Part shown: positions 11,409 through 23,597 of the stretch, in pieces
Layout: each line of letters opens with the position of its first letter
How positions within the stretch are numbered: the first letter of the stretch is position 1
Assembly: GCA_009602725.1 (NCBI GenBank)
Contig: WELB01000031.1
Location: 131,736-175,985, forward strand
Length of the DNA stretch: 44,250 nt
From: Spirogloea muscicola
Taxonomy: Eukaryota
Direction of reading: 5' to 3'
Program-made: the position numbers and the translations under genes
The notes under the pieces: generated by a model
Seen by the model: only the letters and a program-made list of their open reading frames with translations
The model's database searches: none
Told to the model about the DNA's origin: nothing

Positions 11409-13510
11409 GCCGCCGCCGGCGGCCGGCGACGGCGGTGGCGGCGCCGGCGGCATCTTTGGAGAGCATGGCGGCCGGCGAGGGGCGGCGGGCGTGGAGGTGC
11501 CGTGGGGCACGCTCAACGCCGAGGGCGAGGGCAAGGGCGAGGATATCGACGACAGTGACGTGCCGCCACCGTCGCTGCACAACTTCGGCGCTGGGCTGGC
11601 CGCCGGCGAGCGGGCAGCGCTGGCGTCCCGCTTCCACTGGCGGCACCGCCGCCGGCTCGGCTGGGTGGCGGCGCGCCGCAACCTCACCGCCGCGTATCTC
11701 GACGCGTACCGCTACAACCGGGACCCGCAGCACATGCGCGTGCTGGAGTGCCTCGGCGGTGACTGCCCCGACCTCCGGCCCTGCGGCGGCGAGTTTGGCG
11801 ACGCCGTCGCCGTCTGCACCTTCCCCGGCATCGTCGACTCGGACATCGTCTTCCCCACGCCGCCCCTCAACTGCCCCGACCTTGGCCCTGCCGGCCGCCA
11901 CGACATGCGCTGCACCCACAAGGAGGACTGGCAGCGCTGGGACCGCTTCTCCTCGCGCGTCTACGTCCTCGAGAACGTGTACGTCAACATCCGCGGCCAG
12001 ATGTTCAACGAGACCTACTACTTCGACCGGTGCGCTTGCACCGCCCCCTCCTCCCTCCGCTCTGCGCAGCCCACCTACATCCTCCCCCTCCTCCCTCCTC
12101 CCTCCCTCCTCCCCGCCTGCCTCCTCACGCCTGCCCTCCCATCTCCCTCTTTCCCTCGCTCACCTCCTCCTCCTGTCCGTCCCATTTGCTTCATCGTACT
12201 TGCCTCCCTCCTCCCCCCCTCCTGCACTCCTCCTTCCCCACCGTATCCAGGCTGGCAGCAGGGCGTTGGAACATTGACAGACCGCGGGCGCCGGCTACAT
12301 TGACAGGCACGACTGCGGTGCGTCGTACGACTTTGAGTACAACAAGTCCACGAAGGTCACGGAGCTGCGGGACGCCGTCAACCTCGTGCTCTGGAACGGC
12401 GGCGACTTCTTCCACGGCCTCATTGAGATCCTGCCCAACTTCGTGCTGCTCGGTGGCCTGCTCGGCGCGCTGCCCGGCCTGCCCGTGCTCTGGCGCTTTG
12501 GCCAGTTCTCGTTCCACCAAACCTTTGGCATCCCGTGGCTTGGCGTCCCCGCCGACCCCGAGCACTTCTACCCGCTCCTCGTGCGCGACCCCGAGCTCAT
12601 CTTTGCGCGCCGCGTCATCGTCCCCTCGTTCCAATCCTGCGGGCGGCCTGCGATCGCGCTGTGGCGCCACATGCGGCGCGAGCACCTGGTGCCCCGCGAC
12701 GGCCTGCCCATCTTCAACCCCGACTGGACGCCCCGCCACACCGGCGGCCCCCGCCCGCCCATCACGCGCGCCTCCGAGGTCGAGGACTGGGTCGTCGTCC
12801 TCGGCAAGCGGTGAGCTCTTCGGCCAAAGTCAGCACTGCTCAGCGATGATCCCATGCCAGCACTGCTTAAAGTGACACCCGGATGCAGATTTTAATATTC
12901 TTCACCACCTTTTATTCTGATTTATTTGACAGAAGTCACTCAAGCCTGACCTAAGAGCTGACTAAGTACCACCAGCTCACTTACTGAGCTCTGAGTAGGC
13001 TCAGCACGTTCTTCGCACCTGATGTTGCTGATTTATGTCAGATTGAATATGGCTCTCGCTCAATGTGCGCTTGCTAGCACCTACTAGCAGGTCCCGAGTA
13101 TCTGATCTGGAAGCCCGCTGCTCGTCGGCAGGACAAAAAGCCGGGTGCTAGTGGAGAGCGATGCGGTCGAAGCATTCTTGAAGGAGCTCTTTGGCCCGGA
13201 GCGGCTGCTGATCTTCGACGGCAGCATGCCGCTGCTGGAGGCCAAGGCGCTGTTCAACCGCGCGCGCTTGTTCGTGGCAGTCCACGGCGCTGCGATGACC
13301 AACGTCATCTTCATGCCTGCCAACAGCACCCTGTTCGAGATCAGGCCGATTCTGTGGCACAACCCGTGCTACCACCACCTCGCGCAGGCCTGCGACATGA
13401 ACTTCTACCTCCACCTCGGCTCCGGCGGCAAAGACACTGCGACGTCCGCCAACCTGACCGAAGTCAAGCGCCTGCTGCACGTCATTGCAGACAACCACGT
13501 CCTGGTGTGA
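11409..13510 (+). CDS. Glycosyltransferase family 61 (DUF563-type) protein; 5' end lost at the N join at 11408
   Basis: Exons <11409-12029, 12307-12810 and 13132-13510. Motifs VYVLENVYVNIRG, GDFFHGLIEILP, R..SRVLV and LFNRARLFVAVHGAAMTNVIFMPANSTLFEIRP (GT61 HGAAMTN signature), plus YHHLAQACDMNFY. Confidence 0.88.
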
Positions 13511-14343
13511 AGGCCACGAGTGATTGCATTAGTTTGCATAACCGCGTTAAGTAATCGCGTCATCGTATGATCGCCACCAGCAAGTGTTAATGACACAATG
13601 CAGGCTCCCACCTGTCACATTGTCATATTGTGAATGGATCCATCCACTCACTTTGCTGTGCTTCAGTGCAACTGCACCTAGTGCAGAGGAATACGAAAGT
13701 TGCACCAGTCATCTGTTGTTGCCCATTGCAACAAGCGCTCTGTTGCTCTTGATAACATACAATGACTGCAACATGATGGCCAGAGTCACCAATTTTGAGG
13801 AATTATTCGCCTCCACAGAGTATGCCAACGTCATTCGAGCCCGTCTCTTGACTTAGCATGTCAGGCTCGCGCCAACAGCGATGCCCTTCCAGCAGAACGC
13901 CTCTTGCCAAATGTCATGAAGTGTGAGATGCGGGGCAAATGCATACGCATCTCATTTGTCAAACTCGGTTTGCTAAGCTGTGCTCACATACTCGGACGTT
14001 GTCTTCAGTGGGTCCGGGCGGGTCAGGGCTGGAACACACTTCTAACCAAAGCCGAGGCCATGAGGAAAATGCCGAGCTTACAATGCTTACTTGCTGTCTT
14101 TTCTCAAATAATCGATAGAGCGCAAGCAGGCAAGCGCAGCCAGAAGGCGCAAAGTCCATGCTTGCCAAAGAATGCAGGAAAAATGGCTTGGTTGGGCACT
14201 CGAGTGCACCCCTAGAGGTCTAGAGCAGAGCTAAGTACAGCAATGCCTGCACTGTGAAGTGGTGCCAACTGTTGGCACCACCAACGAATGAGATGCATTC
14301 GACAAGTTCGGAGACATTCCCTTCCACAGACAGCAGCGAGCAT

Positions 14344-17300
14344 CTAACTCTTGCGACTGCGGCTGCGAATCTTGGGGCCGGGGCTCGCAGGTTGGGACCA
14401 CTTCGGTGATGGCCCAAAGCCCGGATGCATCATTTGCGCCAGTTCTGCAAACTTATGGGCCTGCGGAGTGCGCCAGTCAGCCTCAAGCACGCCACCTGTA
14501 TCGCGGCTCTCCGCATCGGTGCCCCATGTGAACCAACACCACGTCAGCCGCTTGGCGTACACATATGCTCTGAAGGTAGTAAACCACCCAAGCTCATGCA
14601 CGTCTGTGATGTTCTTCGCCTTGGCTGGAATCGGGGAGCCCGATTCAGACACCCACAAGGGCGCAATGCCCTCCGTGTTGATGTAGCCCCACGTGCGCTC
14701 CCAGTACTTAGGCAAGTTGTATGGGAAATTCTTCACCCAAAACCACTTCTGATTCCATACGTATGGGCCATAATCGTGTGTCGCATACACTAGCTTGCCA
14801 GGCACCTGCTCCACGAAGTATGAAAGAGTATGCAGACTTGTGTGAGTTAATGTCAATGTGAACTCAACAGAAAGTCCATGCAGAGTTTGTGGTCCCTTGA
14901 TGAAGCAACAGTGATATTGGCAATGTCATAAGAACCATGATGCTGTTGCTAGCTCACCTCGAGCACAAGCGGGTACTTCTTGACTTGGATGAGATTTGCC
15001 CCCCAGAATGTGTCTTGCCACAATCCTTGAACTACAATGAGCACATTGGGATTGATAGCTTGGATTGCATCAGCCGCCCTGTGTCATGCAGGGTTGGAAA
15101 TTCAAATAAGTGACGCACAGGAGTCAAAGAAGAAGGATAGATGAGTCTAGGCAAACAGGTATATCAAGTAGATGAAATGCAAGTAGAGAAGGCCTGCTAA
15201 CATACCTTTTGCAGGCCAAGCGCCAATTGTAGCCAGGTAAGACGCCGTCACCAGCCCAGACAGGTCCAGGAAAGGCCTTCTTCACTGTCGGGTTGTGAGG
15301 CTCGTTCCACAGCTCAAACTGAAACAACTTGCGAGGACTTGAGTCAAGGATATGACATACTTTGGCAGATAAAATCATGTGCTGAACAGTGCCAAGACGA
15401 GCTCTGCAATTGCTATGAAAGCCGTGGCATGTAATATTGGCCAGCTAGTGTCGAACTGAAACCACGCATTGTTAGGACATCCTCTTCCTTGCAGCTTCAC
15501 AGACTCCACTTACCTAGTAGAGAAGTCACAGAGCAAGCAGAAATAAGATAATTGAGTAACCTCCCATATGGAAGTCTGTGTGGTATGCATGGTATGCTCA
15601 CCCCGATTACAGTGGGATTGTCCTTGTAGCGAGCTGCCAGCTGCACCCAGATGGAGACCCATGCAGCCTCACTTGGTACAGGCGTTTTGGGCTCCCACCA
15701 CAGTCCAGACCGGTTTGAGTTGTATCCAGCCCCAACTCTGTCGAAGTCAAGGAGGACTTTCATGCCAGCGCCTCCAGCCGCATTGATGACCATATCAAGT
15801 ATGTCCAAAGATTTCAAGCCCTGCAAATTATTGCTTTGTTTTCTGTATTAGTGCCAGATTGAAATGTTGCTGGAGGTAGAGTGGGGTGTTCAAAGTAAGT
15901 GGTCAATGGCCATACTTTAAGCTCATGCCTCGTACAAGCTCATACAAGCGCGTGTTTACACCGCAAAAGCTCGCAAGGTGTGTCAAGAATGAATATGCAT
16001 CATGCTCAGCCCCGTTCAAGCCGGTCAACCCATTCTCATACCCAGTTCACTATGATGTCATGCTTCTGAGCCAAGCATGTCAAAACTATGTGGCACAAGA
16101 CATCGACAATGGCAGCACTCAGTCATCAGGACAGCACCTGCAGGTCGTTGTTCACACCGTAGTTGATATTCATAGGCGTATAACCGCCAGGCTGGAAGAG
16201 AGAACCAGAGAATGGAAGCCGGAGGAGGTTAAATCCCAAGGACGACATCTGATTGATGTGGTCGTAGTAGTTTCTGACCGACAAGCCGTTGGGGGCCCCA
16301 TTATACCACTCAAATCCATTCCACGTGATGCCAGAGCAGTAAACCTGTGCAGAAGATGATGACGAGGTTTTAAACCATGCCTATGCATTGCAGTAGGAGA
16401 CAGCTGTAAATACAAGCACTAGCTACATACAAGGTGCGTCACCTTGTTGTGAGTTTGCCTCTTGCCAGGAAAGTGAGGCCTTTCTTGCTCATGTTTGTCA
16501 GAAAAGGTGGTCCGTCTTGCTTATGATGTGCGACAATAGATTTCTATGCACCAGTTGAGGCCAGCAGAGGAGCATGTAACCCACCGTAGCCCCAGTGTTA
16601 TCGTAGAGGAGGTTACCCTTTGCCGTCCACCATCCAAGGCCCCGCAATTCTCTTCGAGGAGCGGCCTCCTGAATAGCCAGATGATCTCACACCTCAACAT
16701 GCCTTCTTCGACACGTCGTGCTCATGACATATGCCTAGCACTGTTCGCATATACAAGATAGCTAGTTTGCGCACACTCTTAAGAAGCAGATTGGCAAAGT
16801 TGGACTGTGGAAAAGAACTCACTGAGAATGACGTTGCATTTAAGTGCAGCCAGGCTCTGTGCCTGAGTTGTCCTTCATTACCTGGGGAGCACAACCACAA
16901 CAGGTATAACCATCCATGCACACGCAATTAGTCAGGAGCACAGCCGTGACCCAATTGCTGGTACTGCAGTATCGACTTCACATGCTCTGTGTTGCGACGT
17001 GGCCAAGGTGCGGCACACCTTGTTGCCTCAATTCGATGGCCATGCCGGCTCGAGCAAACGGGGCATATGCTGATGCACATATCCTACTTTGATCACTCGG
17101 CAAGGCCGTGCAAGCCAGAGCTTCAGGAGCTTGGCTGGCTGGCCATTGTATCTTTCAAGTCGAGTGACCACGACGCAGCTGGAAGATTCACCTGCTGTCG
17201 TACTTTCTCTTAGCTCGCTAGCAACCAGTCTCGCTGCTCAGTGCAATTGCAGAGCAAGCAGGGAACTGGACTCTCACCGGAGGCCGTTACGCAGCTGCTC

Positions 17301-17359
17301 GCGGCGACGACGAGCGTAATCAGCGCTGCGACCTGGAGCGCCACTCGCAAGAGCTCCAT
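14344..17359 (-). CDS. Secreted glycoside hydrolase family 5 endoglucanase (resembles bacterial GH5_1 / Acidothermus E1 type)
   Basis: A signal-peptide exon MELLRVALQVAALITLVVAASSCVTAS starts at ATG 17359 (its linkage through ~17190-16670 is uncertain). Then WWTAKGNLLYDNTGATVYCSGITWNGFE, LGFNLLRLPF, NNDLQGLKSLDILD, LAARYKDNPTVIGFELWNEPH (acid/base Glu 15301-15303), LVYATHDYGP, APLWVSESG (nucleophile Glu 14644-14646) and DTGGVLEADW. Confidence 0.92.
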
Positions 17360-17881
17360 GGCAGATGGACCCCGCTGCGCTGCTGCGTGGGACCGCCACG
17401 ACCAATTCGCCAAAGGTCAGCAACGCGCGCCGGACGTGCCGCAAGGACTGCCGGCAGAGGTGGAGGACGAGGCGCCGCCCGGCAAAGCAGGCCTGCGACA
17501 ATTTAGGACGCTGGCGCCGCCGGCGAGCCGCCGCCAGGGGGTGGCTCCGGCCGCGGCGGCGAGCCCGATCACCTGATCGCGGCGCTCCCCGGCGCCGATC
17601 CTCGCGGGAGCTGCCGCGATCTCCGCCGCCGCCGCCGCCGCCGCAGCCGCCGCCGCCGGCGCCGTCAGTCGGCCCGTCGCCGGCTAGGACTACTGGCCGG
17701 GGTGCCGCCGAGCTGGCCTCCAGCCGGGCCACCGGAACCGAGATCGGGATGGGGGACCTCCCAACAGCTCGCCGGGGGGGATTTACCAACCGATGCGATT
17801 TAGGCCACTCTCGGGGCGCCCCAGTCACGGCCACGGTCCGGCGCCGCCTGGGCGGCAAATATCGCGCCGAGCCGGCGGGTT

Positions 17882-18062
17882 GCCACGTGGCGGCCCGGCC
17901 GGGTCCCCGTTGACCGCGCCGTGGCTGCCCGGAAAGGGGCTGGCTGGCTGGGCGCAGCGACGGCGTCAGGCCCGACGGTCTGACGCGCGTCAGGCACGCT
18001 TGCCTGACGCAGCGTCAGGTCGGATGGAGACGGAACGGCCTGACACGCAGGAGGCTGACGTC
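17882..18062. promoter_or_regulatory. Cluster of a G-box and TGACG palindromes in the divergent GH5/SYP4 intergenic region
   Basis: A perfect GCCACGTGGC at 17882-17891. About six TGACG/CGTCA half-sites within 17963-18062, including the palindromes TGACGCGCGTCA and CCTGACGCAGCGTCAGG. Function as bZIP sites is inferred. Confidence 0.45.
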
Positions 18063-18160
18063 GTCGTCGCGCTGCCGTCACTCCGGCTTGGCCTCGCCGC
18101 CGCTACTGCTAGGCCGGGCGGCTCTCGCGGCGGCGGCGGCGGCGGCGGTGGCGGCGGCGC

Positions 18161-18161
<1 letters not shown>

Positions 18162-18221
<60 letters not shown>

Positions 18222-18237
18222 NGTGCTCTTCCGATCT
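18162..18237. other. Assembly artefact: poly-A, N and Illumina adapter remnant
   Basis: GTGCTCTTCCGATCT at 18223-18237 is the reverse complement of the Illumina adapter AGATCGGAAGAGCAC. It lies directly after a poly-A run and an N. Confidence 0.93.
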
Positions 18238-18398
18238 TGAGAGAGCATGGCCTCGCGGCGGCCGCAGCCGCCGTCGCTCCCGCCGCTCCGCCGCAGCCCC
18301 TGTGGCGCCTGGCGCCGCCGACGCGGGCCGTCGAGCGCGCCGCGCTGACTGCGCCGCGAACCCCGCCCGCGGCTGAGCGGTCCCGGCGCCGCTGCACC

Positions 18399-20647
18399 AT
18401 GGCGACGAGAAACCGGACCACGGCGTTCCTGAAGGTGACGAGCCCCGCCGCCACGAGCAGCAGCCTTGACGGCAATCGCGGCGATCGGGGACGCGACGGC
18501 GGCCGCGCTTGCGTTTGCCACTGCTTGTGCCGTTTGGCTTAACGGGAGACCGAGCATCGCGCGTGCGCCAGTACCGGGAGGCGGTGAAGCAGAGCCGGCC
18601 GTTCATGGCCGCGTCGGGCGCCATGTCGGCTGTCGAGCTCGTGGACCTCAAGGACGCCTCGTCGCTGCTCCCGGGCACGTCCCGCAGCGACGGGTACAAG
18701 AGCATCAGCACCACCGACGCCGACACCTTCAGGTGCACCATGGGCTCTCGTTGGAGCTAGCTACACTGCAGGCGGTAGTGACTTCGGCAGAACGAGAAGG
18801 CTAGCAGCCTTAGATGCTGCTGAGGGCTTTTGCCTGCCAATGCTGCTGACGAGTGGAGGAGCTGCTGCAGAGACTCAAGGAGCCCATATTGACGACCGCG
18901 TATGAGCCGCCTCTCCTAATGGCGGCGATGACCACTAATGGCCGCACCCGGTTGCTCGTGCTGCAGGGGTGCGCCGGGCGGCGTGGCGCAGACCCTACCG
19001 CCGGCGTGGGTGGACATCTCCGACGAGGTCGCGGCGGAGATGGCTCGCGTGCGCACCAAGATGGCGGAGCTCGCCAAGGCGCACGCTCGCGCGCTCATGC
19101 CGTCGTTCCTGGACGGCAAGACGCCGCAGGAGCACACCATCGAGGTGCTGACGCAGGAGATCACGCGCATGCTCAAGCGCTGCGAGCAGCTACTGCAGCG
19201 CCTCTCCCGAGGCAGCGGCCTCAAGGAGGACAGCAGCATACGCAAGAACGTCCAGGTATGGCATCATCGATTGACCTCGCCAGGGTAGTGACGCTGTCAG
19301 AGCCGACGATAAGAGCAAGGCAACGTGCGACGGGCACAGTTGGTGTTAATATGACCGATAACTCTCAGATGCAAGGCAGATGCAGGCATTGATTCTTTGC
19401 CGTTTCCATGAGCAGCGGTCCATGGCCACGGACCTGCAAGCACTCTCAATAGAATTCCGCAAGCAGCAGAAGACCTACCTGCAGAAGCTACGGCGGCAGC
19501 AAGAGGTACCACTCTTATCTGCTCTGATTGCCGGCGATGATGATGAAGTACCCTTGACGGCTGACCAGAGGCGTAGCGATGCCTGAACCTCCTCTAAAAG
19601 GAAAGGCAGCTTGTCAAGGTGCTCAGTCTTATGCTCACTGTGCCCTGATGATCTCACTAGGGGCCTTCGAGCGGCGGGCTCCTTGACATCCCGCCATCGA
19701 AGTCTGCCATGGACAACGGTCTGGCCGAAAACGTGCGAGTCCTCATTCACTGGAAGTCCTCAATGACAGTTCCTCACCCAGGAAGCAATGTGAAACAGTG
19801 TCAGAGCAACTTGCCACTGCCAGCAGCATGTTTGGCTGGTCAACAATGAGTAGGGTCGGTCCATGTACACTGTTTGCTTCTTATACGACCTGGTTATAGA
19901 TGTAGGTGCGAACAGTAGGCACAACAGCTGCTCACATGTAGTTGGACATGACCTGCTTACTCGTCCACACATGTACACGTTTCAGGGCTTCTCAGACAGG
20001 CAGCTTGAGAAGCTGAAGGAAACGGAGGCCATCAGCCAGGAGCGAGAAGCCGAGATTGTTCAGGTTGAATTTCTCAGTAGACATGTGCCTTGAGAGTGAC
20101 TGCTAGCATGCCCAGCAACGGGCCCGAGCCATGCTTACCGGAATAATGAGACCTTTCAAACCTTTGAATTGCCTTCGCGGTGGTGTAGTGACTCTGACAT
20201 GGCTCCTTGCCAGCGCAGATACTGGGTTCAGTAAACGACCTGGGCCAGATCATGCGGGACCTGTCGATCCTGGTGATTGACCAGGGCACAATTGTTGACC
20301 GCATTGATTACAATGTCCAGAATGTGGCGGTCACCGTGGAGAAAGGCCTCAAGCAGTTGAAGAAGGTATCACCTCCACCTGCCAGTTTCATACTACTGAG
20401 CCATGAGAGTTATCAGACGTCGTGTACTCGGTAACAAGTCCTCTGTGAAGCATTTGCTGTGTGCTTGCATCAGCTCGTCCAAAGGGGGCGCAGCAGCTAG
20501 GCGCCACTGCTGATGGCCCCTTGGGTTGCACTGCAGGCGGAGTCAACGCAGAAGAAGGGCCGCATGGTGATGTGCATCATGTTCCTCGCCGTCCTCTGCC
20601 TCATCATGCTTGTTGTCCTCACCATCAAGAAGCTCATCTTCGGCTGA
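18399..20647 (+). CDS. SYP4: Qa-SNARE syntaxin of the SYP4 / syntaxin-16 / TLG2 family
   Basis: N-peptide MATRNRTTAFLK, LPPAWVDISDEV, LSIEFRKQQKTYL, SNARE motif SVNDLGQIMRDLSILVIDQGTIVDRIDYNVQNV and C-terminal TM MVMCIMFLAVLCLIMLVVLTIKKLIFG*. Eight exons with GT-AG introns. Confidence 0.96.
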
Positions 20648-21659
20648 TGGCGCTTGACGTCCCTGCGTTGTACGACGGCGTCCCCCTCTCTTGCCGTCTC
20701 TCCCTCCTCCGGCCCGCTTGCTGCAACCTTCAAGCAATGACGTCTCAGGCTCCAAACACTACATCGCATCATTTTCTTCTCTTGGCAGCGCTTTGCCGAG
20801 CTTCGCCTCCCAGCTGTGGTCCTCTCTATTGTTGTGTCTCCCTATAAAGCCAGCAGCAGCCCACATTCTTGGCATGCTGCATGATGATACAGCCCCTCGC
20901 AATTGTGATAAAGACCCTCGCCATTGTGGTCCAGTCCCTCGACCTGGTTGCAAGTATTCTGCCCATGTGGACCACGAACTGACTGCTTGCGTGACTTGCT
21001 GCGCTGGTGCTAAACAAAGGTGGCCGCTAAATGCGCGGTCATCGCAGTGACTTCAGTCACCGACGCCGCCGTTCGCTGTCACTGCAGCTCTATAAGTGGA
21101 GCTGCTGCCAGTTCTTTTCCGGCAGCAGCTTGCAGAAAGAGCGGCAGAAATGACCTCAAACCTGAAGCAAGATTAAGGTCATATTGCTTCGTGTGACTCT
21201 CTCTACTTGGTGTTGTAAGCTCGGCTTTGCAAAGTGGTACTTGTCTGTGTCTGTCAGCAGCACTGGCTGCAAGGTCAACCGTTGGCTACATTGTTGAAGG
21301 AGAACTCTTCCAGTAGAGGGTGTGATTGGCCAGCCCAGAAAGAAAAAAGAACGAAGTCTGATTGATGAGCGCTGGCCGGACCTAGTACAATCTCTGGGCT
21401 GGCCTCTCATGGCCATTGCCGTCAATCAGAAGAGCTGTCTGTGTTGGGGCTTGCATTGGTGATACCAGCGGCCATGTGAACGCTCACTGGTCAGCCGTCA
21501 GTCCTCACAAACATGGGCGCTCAGCTGGACAAGCTGCACCGCCGCTGCCGCTGCCACCACTGCCGTCGCTGCCGCCGCTGCTGCCGCCGCCGGCAGGCGG
21601 CCTTGCAGTGAGAGCCGCCTTGAGGCAGACGGCTGTGAGGGGGATTGCGCGTCGACGCC

Positions 21660-23597
21660 ATGGCCGTCGCTGTGGCGGGCTGCGCAGCGGCAGCAGCAGC
21701 GGCGGCGGCGGCCTTGGCCGTGGGCTCGCGGCACGGCTTGCCGCCGCCGCCGCCGCCGCCACCGCCGCGACGTGGGCGGCGGCCGCGCGGCAGCGGCGTC
21801 CGCGCGCGCGCCGCGGCGGACCCGGAGGCGCCGGCGGTGGCGGCGTCGCGCCGTGCGGCGTTCAGCGCGCAGCGGCGGGAGGAGCTCGAGCTGGAGGAGC
21901 GGCAGAAGCCCCTGGGCAAGGCCTGCGTCCTTAATTCTCCATTATACCAATCTTCCCTGGCTACCTCCTTCATGATCCCACCATCGTGGCAGACCTTCGC
22001 TCATGCCGTGGTGCAGCGATAGGCAGTACTGAGAGCGACACTGTGACCACGACGTCATCAGCGCCACTCTCTGGGCCTGCTACTGAAGGCCTCATGAGGA
22101 GCCCAGTACCGCAGATGTTTCTGGAAGCTCGCTGCCATTCTTGGGTTGACCTGGGCGATGAGCTGAGACCGAGGCTGTTCTGACGGTCATCGCTTTTACG
22201 TACACAGCTGAGTACATGAGCCTGCCGGCGAGCCAGTACTCCGTGCTCGACGCGGAGCGCATCGAGCGCATCGACGAGAGCTCGTTCAAGTGCTATGTGC
22301 ACCGACTGAAGTTCTTTGCCTTCGAGGTCTGCCCCGTGTTGCTCGTGCGCGTCGAGGAGCGCCCCAACGGCTGCTGCATCCGCCTCCTCTCGTGCACGGT
22401 AATTGCGCCACTGATCGACCAATTAACTGACCCTGACTGTGATATTGTGTTCTCAACATAGTTAGCAGATTTTGCCTTCTCTGAGTATGTACTTTATGCT
22501 TTCCAGATAAAAGGTCTTCACTGAAGTCCTGTATATCCTCAGCTCTGGCTCAGCACAGGCATCTCTGTAGGACCGTTTGCTACGTGCAAGCTTGATTGCT
22601 TGAAAATTGACCCGCCGTAGGGGGTTGCGACTTGTTTTGCACTGCTGATGCTTGCTGTGTGCCTTTGGCTTGCCAGCTCGAGGGATCGCCGATTGTGGTC
22701 GCCCAGAACCGCAAATTTGATGGTCAGTCCACAGGATTGTGTACCTCCTTCAATATCCAGTGTCCGCAGATACCCTCGTCAGGGAGCAGCAGCACTACAT
22801 GCAATTATAGTCATTCGTACCTGCAAAGAGTATTACTTCTTCAGCTGGGCGGCCCGTGTGACGGCGAGCCTGGAGTGATTGCAGCTGATGCTGCATATGC
22901 CATGCTGTGAGCAGCCTCTATGACAAACAACGTGTCATGGGATGTAAGCGAGGCCTCACCGTGCGGCCGACTGATCATCTCCGACACCACCATTGCGGTG
23001 CACTGCTCTCCCCTTTCACATCATCACAAAGTGCACGCGTCCAGACACATTGAGAGACCCACGAAAAGCTGACATGTCAAACAATTGTGTACCACTCCAC
23101 GTTGCTGCAACTGCAGGTGTCGCTGGAGATTCCAGCAGCATTTCGCGTGGTCCCGGTGGCTGGCATCGAGGCAACTGGCAACCGTGTGCTTGGCCAGCTC
23201 CTCCGCGTCATGCTTCCCCGCTTTCTCAAGCAGGCGCGCTCAGCTTCAGCCCCATCCCCTGATTGTGACAGTGTGGTCATTGGATCCAAGTTTTGCCAAC
23301 ATCATCCTTGTCAGCATCTGAGCCGCTAATGACAGCGCAGCAGAAATTGGTTGTGATATATTAATGCTGGCATTGTAAGTTTTCCCTTGGCAAGGACCTT
23401 CCAGCCTCATCTGACTTTCTTCCAACCATGGTGTGACTGGGTGCTGTTTTATTTGTGGACCCGGACTCATGGACAACGCCGCCGCTGCAAACGATTCATT
23501 CCTTGCCTGCTTGTTGGTGCGGCAGCTCGCCAAGGATTACGAGGCATGGGCGTGTGGGGACAGCTCGCGCAAGCCCCTGGGCACTGGCGAGCTTTGA
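21660..23597 (+). CDS. DUF1997 family protein with a transit-peptide-like N-terminus
   Basis: Six exons encode ...KPLAEYMSLPASQYSVLDAERIERIDESSFKCYV...FEVCPVLLVRVEE...LEGSPIVVAQNRKFDASMTNNVSW...IEATGNRVLGQLLRVMLPRFLKQLAKDYEAWACGDSSRKPLGTGEL*. The model requires two GC-AG introns. Confidence 0.9.

Noticed and set aside
12030..12306. Pro/Leu-rich read-through in ORF 11491-12303
   Set aside because: This is a CT-rich intron of the GT61 gene (GT at 12030, AG at 12305-12306).
18162..18221. Poly-A (and poly-T at 5254, 26428, 44128) as retroposon tails
   Set aside because: They abut N joins, the window end or an Illumina adapter, so they are best explained as sequencing or assembly junk.
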